Source: an uncultured archaeon
Lineage (GTDB): Archaea; Asgardarchaeota; Jordiarchaeia; Jordiarchaeales; Jordiarchaeaceae
Direction of reading: 5' to 3'
NCBI GenBank assembly: GCA_964510585.1
Contig: CAZECW010000073.1
Location: 1-13,037 of the forward strand
Length of the DNA stretch: 13,037 nt
The translations under genes and the position numbers were made by a program. Below the pieces are notes generated by a model. It searched no databases. It was not told the origin of the DNA and was given only the letters and a program-made list of their open reading frames with translations. This document shows, in pieces, positions 1-7,896 of the stretch (position 1 is its first letter; each line of letters begins with the position of its first letter).

Positions 1-59
1 ATTATCAGGGTGATCAGGAGAAAGATTATTATACCTTGGAGGAGAAGTATTTCTGTCAT
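1..59 (-). CDS. 5' end of a probable membrane protein gene, truncated by the window edge
   Basis: ATG at 59-57 on the minus strand, preceded by a GGTGA Shine-Dalgarno (69-65) with 5-nt spacing. The frame is open to position 1 and reads MTEILLLQGIIIFLLITLI (hydrophobic). Product not identifiable. Confidence 0.55.
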   Translation of the reverse strand, partial: MTEILLLQGIIIFLLITLI

Positions 60-72
60 ATTTTTCACCAAG

Positions 73-119
73 GGGGGTAAGAATACCCTTCCCTCCACTA
101 TAAGGGTATCCCTACCCCC
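73..119 (-). promoter_or_regulatory. Long RNA hairpin in the leader of the minus-strand gene
   Basis: The minus strand reads GGGGGUA-GGG-AUACCCUU-(11-nt loop)-AAGGGUAU-UCU-UACCCCC, giving 18 contiguous pairs when two G-U pairs are allowed. It ends 3 nt before the GGTGA SD. Confidence 0.5.
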
Positions 120-304
120 AAAACTCATTTTCAAATACTGATAATCAACGTATAAAATAGGGATACGCGTATCGAAGAATAACATTATGTGGGATCTCAC
201 CAAGTGGCGCCAAATAGAGCAAGTCGGACACTCTTTGAGTAAGATGTATTTCAAATCTTAGAAAAGTTTAGAGAGCGCTTTACTTCCTTTAAAAAAGTTA
301 CTTA

Positions 305-1462
305 ATGGTGATATGTAAATTGCCCGAAAAGCCGCGGCAACCAAGTTTAAAAAGTAAAACCCTCGGATTAATAGTGAATCCTATTGCGGGGATTGCAGGT
401 AAATATGCGTTTAAAGGTTCAGATAATCCTGAATTAGTCCAAAGGGCGATTGAATTGGGGGCGAAACCAATCTCGCCAGAAAGAGCCAAAGAAGCTCTGC
501 TTGTTCTTAACCCCTTGAAGGATGTATTAAGACTTTTAACTTTTCCGGGTATTATGGGTGAGGATGAGGCGAGAGAGTGTGGCTTTGAACCAGAGGTTGT
601 TGGTGAACTTTCTTCTGTAAAAACCACCCCTGAAGATACTAAAAAGGCAGCTAGAATAATGGCTGAGAGGGGGGCCGAATTAATCCTTTATGCTGGCGGC
701 GACGGCACCACAGTCGACATACTTGAAGCTATAGACCAAAAAGTCCCAATTTTAGGAATTCCTTCAGGAGTAAAAATCTGGTCAGCCACATTCGCTACAA
801 CCCCAAAAACCGCTGGTCTCATCACATTACGTTATTTATGGGGTGAACTCCCAGTTAGGGAAGCTGAAGTAATGGATATTAATGAGCAATTATTCAGAAG
901 AGACGAGTTAAATGTCCAGTTGAAGGGTTACGCAATAACCCCCTACGAACCTCAGTACTTACAAGGCTCCAAATGGATGAGTCCACAAACAACAAATGAG
1001 ATAGAGGATCAAAATGCCATAGCCCGTAGTGTTGTTGAGAACTTAGAACCTAATACAGTTTATATAATTGGGCCTGGAACCACCTGCAAAGCGATAGCTG
1101 ACTTATTAGGCATAGACAAGACCTTACTGGGAGTAGATTTAGTTCAAAATGGACGAATTATTGCGAAAGATGCTGACGAACGCGAGATTCTCAAAGCCAT
1201 AGAAAATGCAAAATCCAAAATAATTATAACGCCTATAGGTCGCCAAGGCTTTATTTTTGGAAGAGGGAATCAGCAAATAAGCCCTGAGGTGATTAAAAAA
1301 GTTGGAATTGAAAATATTATTGTTATAGCCACGCCCTACAAGCTCTCAACAATACCAACACTAAGAGTTGATACCAGTTGCCCCGAACTTGATGAGAAAC
1401 TAAGAGGATACATCAGGGTAATTACGGGATACCGCCAAATATTAATAAAAAAAATTCAATAA
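305..1462 (+). CDS. ATP-NAD kinase / AcoX-like family protein (COG3199-type)
   Basis: Has GLIVNPIAG near the N-terminus, the GGDGT kinase motif (YAGGDGTT), LGIPSGVK, GPGTT and ITPIGRQGFIFGRGNQQIS, all typical of this family. Substrate not determinable. Confidence 0.85.
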   Translation: MVICKLPEKPRQPSLKSKTLGLIVNPIAGIAGKYAFKGSDNPELVQRAIELGAKPISPERAKEALLVLNPLKDVLRLLTFPGIMGEDEARECGFEPEVVGELSSVKTTPEDTKKAARIMAERGAELILYAGGDGTTVDILEAIDQKVPILGIPSGVKIWSATFATTPKTAGLITLRYLWGELPVREAEVMDINEQLFRRDELNVQLKGYAITPYEPQYLQGSKWMSPQTTNEIEDQNAIARSVVENLEPNTVYIIGPGTTCKAIADLLGIDKTLLGVDLVQNGRIIAKDADEREILKAIENAKSKIIITPIGRQGFIFGRGNQQISPEVIKKVGIENIIVIATPYKLSTIPTLRVDTSCPELDEKLRGYIRVITGYRQILIKKIQ

Positions 1463-1578
1463 CATCCAAAAATTAAAATATAATAACATTTAACCTAAAT
1501 TTATTCTCGCGATACTCTTAAAAATAACTGAAACGAAATAAGCTAAAAGTAAAAATATTTGGATTCAGTTGGCGGTCA

Positions 1579-4194
1579 GTGGTGTCTAAACTACAACAGT
1601 TTATATACGAGGCAAAAAAGCTTATCCCTATACCAAGGGTCCAAGTAAGCAGGCAGACATTATTACTAGCTCTATCTCTTCTCTCGATTTTCGTAATAGC
1701 ACTCTGTATACGATGTATACCCTTCTTTATCTACCCTTCGTATATAAGAGCCTTCGATCCCTGGCTCCAGTATGAAAACGCTCTATACGTTTCAATATTT
1801 GGTTTTGACTCCTGGTTTGGTTGGTATGATCACGCCTCATGGTATCCCATTGGTAGGGATATATCTCAATCATTCTTTCCGGGAACCCCTTTTGCCGCTG
1901 CAACCATATACTTTTTGCTACATGCCATTGGGTTTAATATTGACATTTACATGATATGTTATTTCTTTCCCGCGTTTATGGGCGCCGTAACTTGTGTAGC
2001 AACCTATTTCTTGGGGAAAGAAATCTTGGACAAGAAGACTGGACTTATTGCAGCATTCCTCCTGGCGTTTACTCCTGCTTTTATTGAACGAACCATGGTT
2101 GGCTTTTTCGATAATGAGTCAGTAGGAATGCTGTTTCTGGTGCTATCAATATACTTTTTCGTACGTTCCCTAAAAAGAGGTTCAATAACATCTGCTGTTC
2201 TGGCGGGTCTCTGCCTAGGAGGGCTGGCGGCTAGTTGGGGTGCCCATCTATACCTAATGTACATATTTGCCCTAACTGCAATACTGTTATTGTTAATAAA
2301 AAAATATACACCCCGCCTCTTTATGACTTATAGTGTTACAATAACATTAGCAGTTATTATTATTACACGTGTACCAGCAGCGGGCGGCCCAGACGCATTA
2401 AAATCTATGAGTGTTATACCTGCATTAATCGTTTTGGCAATATTCCTATTTTATGAGGTTTTCCTCCGCCTTAATGCTCAAAGAACAATGATTCTAGAAA
2501 GTGTCATAAGGTATATTCCTTTAAAAGGTAAAGCTCTGGAAGGAGTCCAGTGGTTTTTCCAGAACAGAAAAAGATTCCTGATACTAGTTGGAGGGATAGT
2601 TTCAATTTTGGCAGCCTTGCTCATTGTAGTTAACTTAGATGTTTTTGGTAATATTTCTGGGCTTGCACCTAAATTTGTCTCAATAATTTACCCTACATAC
2701 CGGGAAGAACAACACATTGTCGCAAGTGTTGCAGAACAGATGCCAACTCCTTGGGGAATTTTCTTTTACGACCTCAACTTTCTTGTTGTTCTTTTTCCAG
2801 TAGGATTATACTTTGCATTCAAAAGAAGATACGAAGAAGATTTACTATTAATAATATATGGAGTTACTGTAACATATTTTACTGGATCAATGATTCGTAT
2901 TATAATCATGTTAGCTCCTGCCGCATGTATATTAAGCGCCTACGCCTTATCAATAATATTTAAACCGCTAGCCCAAGTTATCACTAGAAGAACCCTAACT
3001 ATAGCTAGAAGACGAAGAATGAGAATCAGTGTTCCCCTAGGGCGTGACACTGCCCTGCTGGTTTTTGCAATAATAGGAATAATTTTAGTCTACGCCTTCC
3101 TTCAAGGAGTTAATACTACCATATACTCTCCTCCGCCTTCAATGATAGTTAGGGATAGTTATGGTGGAGCATATCTGGATTGGGATCAAGCGTTTTCATT
3201 TATGAGAAATGAACTTCCCGAGGATGCTGTGGTTGCGGCTTGGTGGGACTACGGTTACTGGATCACAGTTAAAGGTGGAAAGATAACTTTGGCGGATGGG
3301 AACACGCGTAATTTCACACAAATAGGCTGGATTGGTCGCGCCTTTATGGAAACTAGCGAAATAAGATCCCTAGAGGACTTCCGAAGATTTAATGCTACAC
3401 ATGTACTGGTGTTTTTCGGATACAACGATGGTAACATACACGGCGATGAAGGAAAATGGTTATGGATGGTTAGAATCTCATTCGACGAAATAGTAAACTT
3501 GGTACAAAATCTCTACGAATCTGGAGCGTCTCAAGAGTACATAAATAATTTCATTGCCAACACCCCCTATGAATACCAGTTCTATAATCCTTACGTACTA
3601 CCGGGGACATCAACGATTCAAGAAGCCTTCTTTAACAGCACAATCTATAAACTATTGTACTATCACGCCCCAGAACCAAAAATTCATCCCAATTACTACA
3701 ACACTCTAAACCGTAACCTATATACTCAAATGAGCAACAATAAATATCCTCTGGTTATCGGTGGGAACGAAACGCTTCAAACTACATACATATACCTGTG
3801 GTCCAGTTGGACTGCAGGTTTTAGGACTCTCAACCATTTCAAACCAGTATTTATATCCAGCAATGGACTCGTGAAAATCTACGAGATAGACTACTCAATT
3901 CTAGACTCAAAGCTTGATATCAATAATCTGAGAGTATATGATGATTCAACGGGCGTTTTAAACATAACAAATACTGGATTAACTACGTACAACATCACCC
4001 AAATACTTTCAAACGGAACTAGTTGTACACTTAATATAACCCTTCCAATAAGTTTGGCGCCTGGAGAAAGAAAAGAAATTACCTTCAATGTAACTCAAAC
4101 AGTTAACGTAGGCGATAAACTAATTATTCGAATAGTTACAAGTATACCTGACTTTTATGTAGAAAAAATTGTTACAGTAGAGGCGAAACCTTGA
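1579..4194 (+). CDS. aglB: Oligosaccharyltransferase AglB (STT3 family)
   Basis: Multi-TM N-terminal half with FDPW, WYPIGR, GFFDNE and SVAE motifs. The C-terminal domain has WWDYG (3241-3255), DGNT and DEGKWLWM (DK motif). GTG start at 1579 or 1582. Confidence 0.97.
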   Translation: MVSKLQQFIYEAKKLIPIPRVQVSRQTLLLALSLLSIFVIALCIRCIPFFIYPSYIRAFDPWLQYENALYVSIFGFDSWFGWYDHASWYPIGRDISQSFFPGTPFAAATIYFLLHAIGFNIDIYMICYFFPAFMGAVTCVATYFLGKEILDKKTGLIAAFLLAFTPAFIERTMVGFFDNESVGMLFLVLSIYFFVRSLKRGSITSAVLAGLCLGGLAASWGAHLYLMYIFALTAILLLLIKKYTPRLFMTYSVTITLAVIIITRVPAAGGPDALKSMSVIPALIVLAIFLFYEVFLRLNAQRTMILESVIRYIPLKGKALEGVQWFFQNRKRFLILVGGIVSILAALLIVVNLDVFGNISGLAPKFVSIIYPTYREEQHIVASVAEQMPTPWGIFFYDLNFLVVLFPVGLYFAFKRRYEEDLLLIIYGVTVTYFTGSMIRIIIMLAPAACILSAYALSIIFKPLAQVITRRTLTIARRRRMRISVPLGRDTALLVFAIIGIILVYAFLQGVNTTIYSPPPSMIVRDSYGGAYLDWDQAFSFMRNELPEDAVVAAWWDYGYWITVKGGKITLADGNTRNFTQIGWIGRAFMETSEIRSLEDFRRFNATHVLVFFGYNDGNIHGDEGKWLWMVRISFDEIVNLVQNLYESGASQEYINNFIANTPYEYQFYNPYVLPGTSTIQEAFFNSTIYKLLYYHAPEPKIHPNYYNTLNRNLYTQMSNNKYPLVIGGNETLQTTYIYLWSSWTAGFRTLNHFKPVFISSNGLVKIYEIDYSILDSKLDINNLRVYDDSTGVLNITNTGLTTYNITQILSNGTSCTLNITLPISLAPGERKEITFNVTQTVNVGDKLIIRIVTSIPDFYVEKIVTVEAKP

Positions 4195-4343
4195 GCTTGA
4201 TACTTAGAGGAAAGAGTTCTATCAAGATTAGCGGATACGAATTAGCGTTCTAGTTTAAAACCCCAAACAATTTTCTAACTTAACTCCCCTTAAAATTCGT
4301 GATTTTTTAATTCTGAATCATATCTTTAACCGGAGGTTTACAA

Positions 4344-4532
4344 ATGAAATTTATGCTTCGGAAATGTGTATCGTGTGGGGAATATACCTTTAAAGAGGTT
4401 TGTCCTTACTGTGGAGGTAAGGTTAGGATACCACATCCTTCAAGATTCTCAATTGAAGACCGAGTTGGCAAATGGAGGCGTCAGCAAAAAAGGGAATTTT
4501 ACAAGAGGTGTGAAACGTCTAAGGGAACATAG
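4344..4532 (+). CDS. nop10: H/ACA RNP protein Nop10
   Basis: Reads RKCVSCGEYTFKEVCPYCGG (Zn ribbon) followed by PHPSRFSIEDRVGKWRR. GGAGG SD at 4332-4336. Confidence 0.95.
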   Translation: MKFMLRKCVSCGEYTFKEVCPYCGGKVRIPHPSRFSIEDRVGKWRRQQKREFYKRCETSKGT

Positions 4533-4538
4533 AGAATA

Positions 4539-5333
4539 TTAACTTTTCGGAATCACCAATGTTCCGCCTTCATTCTCTATGCTTGCCTTGGCGGTGTTAA
4601 TAATTTTTTCTAATGCAGACTCGGCTTGTTTGTAATCATCGGCAGTGATTTCTATTCGATACTTTGGTGAGCCTAGAGTATATATATTTATAGTAACTTC
4701 TTCATTTTGTACAGCGTTAATTGCATCTCTAAACGCCTTTTTTATGGCATCTATACCTGCACGCTTCCAGCAAGTCATTTCTACTGTTCTTGCAACGTTA
4801 ACTTTTGGGGGTTCTACGTGTGTTTTCGCTATTTCGGTAACTACTTCAATCCATTCTTTATTTACCCCTAAATCCTCTAGTACTTTTGATCCTTTCTCAG
4901 ATATTATCTCTAAGCCTCTGTATATGCTGCCATGTGCTTCTTCTAATTTGGAACCTACTTCCGTGTATGCTTCATCTAGAGTTTTTCCAATTTTTGCAGC
5001 TGCCATTTCCAAGAGTTTTTCTGCCTTTTGAGTTCTTTTCCATTCTTGTATTTTTTGGCGTCTTTGTTGTTCATTGACGCGCCTCAAAGAAAGATCTATG
5101 AATCCTTTTTGTGGGTTTATTCTGAGCACTTTTGCCACTACTTTCTGTTTTTCTCTAACAAAATTTCTTATGTTTCGAACCCAACTCAGAGCGATTTCCG
5201 ATATGTGAATCATTCCCTCTTTGTTATCGTACTCGTCAAGCTGAACATATGCTCCGTGATTAGCAATTCTGGTGACTGTTCCAATCACCAAGTCCCCCTT
5301 TTCTGGATATTCCCTTTTTGGCCTGACCACCAT
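4539..5333 (-). CDS. eif2a: Translation initiation factor 2 alpha subunit (aIF2-alpha)
   Basis: S1 domain YPEKGDLVIGTV...EGMIHISEI...WVRNIR...KGFIDLSLRRV, and C-terminal GSPKYRIEITADDYKQAE. ATG at 5333 follows GGTGA; the ORF-track GTG at 5339 is an alternative start. Confidence 0.97.
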   Translation of the reverse strand: MVVRPKREYPEKGDLVIGTVTRIANHGAYVQLDEYDNKEGMIHISEIALSWVRNIRNFVREKQKVVAKVLRINPQKGFIDLSLRRVNEQQRRQKIQEWKRTQKAEKLLEMAAAKIGKTLDEAYTEVGSKLEEAHGSIYRGLEIISEKGSKVLEDLGVNKEWIEVVTEIAKTHVEPPKVNVARTVEMTCWKRAGIDAIKKAFRDAINAVQNEEVTINIYTLGSPKYRIEITADDYKQAESALEKIINTAKASIENEGGTLVIPKS

Positions 5334-5344
5334 TATCACCTAGT

Positions 5345-5548
5345 CTAACTTAGAAACTGTTGCTTACTTTTTTTAACCATTATTGCTGCTTTTCCTCCAA
5401 GTGGTTTTACTAGAGGCTTACCACATACGTTGCACTTAACGATGGTGCTTGCCCTATCAAAAACAATCTGCTCTGAACCACAATCGGAGCATTGCACGTT
5501 AATAAACCTACTTTTAGGTTGAGGTAAAATTTCTTTGCGTTTAACCAT
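5345..5548 (-). CDS. rps27e: 30S ribosomal protein S27e
   Basis: Reads PQPKSRFINVQCSDC...VFDRASTIVKCNVCGKPLVKPLGGKA, the C4 zinc-finger eS27 signature. Confidence 0.97.
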   Translation of the reverse strand: MVKRKEILPQPKSRFINVQCSDCGSEQIVFDRASTIVKCNVCGKPLVKPLGGKAAIMVKKSKQQFLS

Positions 5549-5563
5549 ATGCAGAATACACTC

Positions 5564-5872
5564 CTACTGAATTTCCAATTTTTTAAGACGCATTCCCTTC
5601 TTTTGAATGGTATGCCCACACTCTTTGCATTTTAACTTAAGGGAAAACTTTTTGGTAGTCTTAGCAAATCTTTTTTGTATTGGTTTGCCCCAGCTCTACA
5701 ATTATATGTAGAAGTGTTTGGGCTGACTACCATACCCCTTTTTCTTCCTACTATAACGCCTAGCACCTTGCGCCATTTTTCTGTCCTTACCCTTCTTATA
5801 CAAGGAAACGGAGTGTTCAGTGTATGTTCTGCACTTCGGGCAGTAGGTACGTTTTTCTTTAGGATATAACAT
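5564..5872 (-). CDS. rpl44e: 50S ribosomal protein L44e (eL42), split gene: exon 1 5872-5718, exon 2 5684-5564
   Basis: Manual translation after removing 5685-5717 gives [91 protein letters not shown] (91 aa, both CxxC pairs). It sits at the canonical position upstream of rps27e and is absent from the ORF track. Confidence 0.93.
5685..5717 (-). other. Putative 33-nt bulge-helix-bulge-type mRNA intron in rpl44e
   Basis: Sequence ACACUUCUACAUAUAAUUGUAGAGCUGGGGCAA contains in-frame UAA and UAG. It has a central 4-bp helix GCCC/GGGC with an AAA 3' of the helix on each strand and an intron stem UCUACA/UGUAGA. Cutting after the 2nd A of each AAA restores the frame. Confidence 0.85.
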
Positions 5873-6036
5873 CAGTATACACCCTTTCTATATTCGATTA
5901 CATTTAGACAATGATGATTACACTTATATGTAATTTGAGCAATATCCACAACTCATTTTATACCTTTCGATTTTATATGCATTTAGAAGAAAAAGCTGAC
6001 AACCTTATTTGTTACTCCCCGAAGGTGTCCTCTAAA

Positions 6037-6576
6037 TTAAATTTGTTGAAAAAATAGAAGCTTCGCAGCATTTTTTAATATTAACGCTTTTGCATTCTCC
6101 CTTGGTAGGGTAGCAATGTCCTCAACTTGGAACGGTCCATAAATCTTCATATCGCTCCCCACTATAGCTGGAATCTGCTTTAAAAATCGAATTGGAATAA
6201 ACGTTTCATCCTTTTCTTCGATTACTCTAATTTCTGGGGAGAGGCTTTTTCCATTAAAAAGTTGCGAAAATGCATTTTTAAGGTGTTCATATACTACTTT
6301 TTCTTCCTGTGTTAATTTTTCGGTGTTTAGTTCTTTTTTGGCACGTATGTTCCTCAAAATTTTCTCAAGCCGGATATTTATGAGATCATTTAATATTAGA
6401 TAGAGAATATCATATTCTTTTTTGACAAGCTTACTCGCTAATGGATCTGATTCATTTTTGTATAGTTTTATTTCTTCTAAAAATTTTTTAGCTTCAATGT
6501 AGAAGTTAGTTTCAAGTTTCTGTAAGCTTTCTTCTTTCTGTTCTTTCTCCCAGACACTATAGATTTTTTCATACAT
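6037..6576 (-). CDS. gins51: GINS complex subunit, Gins51 (Gins15) type
   Basis: Helical A-domain (LQKLETNFY...RLEKI) followed by the C-terminal B-domain IRFLKQIPAIVGSDMKIYGPFQVEDIATLPRENAKALI. Lies directly downstream of priS. Confidence 0.88.
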   Translation of the reverse strand: MYEKIYSVWEKEQKEESLQKLETNFYIEAKKFLEEIKLYKNESDPLASKLVKKEYDILYLILNDLINIRLEKILRNIRAKKELNTEKLTQEEKVVYEHLKNAFSQLFNGKSLSPEIRVIEEKDETFIPIRFLKQIPAIVGSDMKIYGPFQVEDIATLPRENAKALILKNAAKLLFFQQI

Positions 6577-6591
6577 AACATGTTACCTCGA

Positions 6592-7833
6592 TTAAGTTTT
6601 TAGAATTTGGGCAACTCCTTTACAGAGGAGAAACACTGCCGCGGATAGTGGCAGTTCAACTTTTTCGTCTTTGTAGGGCCCAAAGGTTTCTTCTCCAATT
6701 CTAAAAGTAGGCACATCACCTGCGCGCACTGTTATTTGCCCCTCGAAAATCTGCGAATCGCTGAAGGGATCAAAGCTAGCTATTTCATTCAATTTTAAGG
6801 GTTTTACTTGGAAGCCTGTTTTTCCGTTAATAGATGTTGGAAGGCGTATAAGTCTATGTATATCAGCAGTAACCGGTTCATCTATTTTCCCCTTGGCCAT
6901 ATTTATAGCGCGTTCCACAATGAGAAACCAGAAGTTGATGTCAATATTTCTCATCGCATCCCAAAGCGGAGGGTGCTGGCTCAAGGAATTTATTATTTTT
7001 TGCTTTTCTTTTATTAACATTAGCAATTTTTTCTTTGTGTACTTGTCTTCCATAATAATTTCATTTTCCTGTAACTTGGAAATAAATTTAATAACATTTC
7101 GTGTAATTCGTCCTCCCCATCCCTTATCATTAGTATCAGGTCCAGTGATTACCTTTTTGCGTCCAATTTCTTGAAGTCCATGTAACTCTGGGTCGATTCC
7201 GCCGCCTTTAATATAGTCGATTATCTCTCTTCTTGCTTGAGAATTAAGCTCCTTCACCACTTCTGATTCGACATGTATATGGTACCCTCTGTGCCCAGAA
7301 AAACAGATGCCAATTTCACTTTTAGATAATCCAAAGTCAGGAATTAGAAAATCCTCCACAATTTTAATTGTCTCTAGCTTAGCATAATCCAAGCAAGTAT
7401 CGCAGAGCCATTTTAACTCTTCGATTTTGGACTCTCCACAAACGGGGCATTTATCTGGTTTGATCCCCTTGTCTGCCTTGCCGCATACCTGGCACTTCCA
7501 CTTGTCATGTTCATTTTTACAACTAGTTTCAATATGATCCGCATCAATGTCAAAAATTAAATCACATCCCTCCCATCCTTTCATAGGCATTTTAGGCATA
7601 GCTGGCTGGAAATAGTAAGCGGCAGAGTAGAACACATCTGAGGGCGCCTCTCTAGCTAGAAACGTCTTTAACTGGTTCTCATCCTCAAAACTTAAATGTC
7701 TAATAATTGACCCATACTTAAAAAACATAAAACCGAATTCTCTTTTACGCAGGTTAGAGGGCGAAATTATTCTATCAAAATTATCATTATAATAATTCCC
7801 AAACAAATTCGTTAAAAAATCAGCGGTACTCAT
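6592..7833 (-). CDS. priS: DNA primase catalytic (small) subunit
   Basis: Has REFGF, DVFYSAAYY, catalytic LIFDIDADH, FSGHRGYHIH and DIHRLIRLPTSINGKTG motifs. Confidence 0.97.
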   Translation of the reverse strand: MSTADFLTNLFGNYYNDNFDRIISPSNLRKREFGFMFFKYGSIIRHLSFEDENQLKTFLAREAPSDVFYSAAYYFQPAMPKMPMKGWEGCDLIFDIDADHIETSCKNEHDKWKCQVCGKADKGIKPDKCPVCGESKIEELKWLCDTCLDYAKLETIKIVEDFLIPDFGLSKSEIGICFSGHRGYHIHVESEVVKELNSQARREIIDYIKGGGIDPELHGLQEIGRKKVITGPDTNDKGWGGRITRNVIKFISKLQENEIIMEDKYTKKKLLMLIKEKQKIINSLSQHPPLWDAMRNIDINFWFLIVERAINMAKGKIDEPVTADIHRLIRLPTSINGKTGFQVKPLKLNEIASFDPFSDSQIFEGQITVRAGDVPTFRIGEETFGPYKDEKVELPLSAAVFLLCKGVAQILKT

Positions 7834-7896
7834 TTAAAAATCCCACTCTAAAATCAATTTATCATCTACTGGTCAAATATTATAAACAATGCCAAC

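Noticed and set aside
5693-5714. Resemblance of UUCUAC...GUAGA to the Cas12a repeat hairpin
   Set aside because: Single copy, inside a ribosomal-protein gene, with no array or cas gene. Treated as coincidence.
5685-5717. Stop-codon readthrough (Sec/Pyl) or ribosomal frameshift as the explanation for the rpl44e break
   Set aside because: Two different in-frame stops (UAA and UAG) would both need bypassing, UAA is not recoded, both exons are in the same frame, and 11 extra residues would land in an invariant loop.
5911-5999. C/D-box sRNA starting at ATGATGA (5911-5917)
   Set aside because: The nearest CTGA is ~80 nt away and there are no properly spaced D'/C' boxes. The same applies to TGATGA at 11227.
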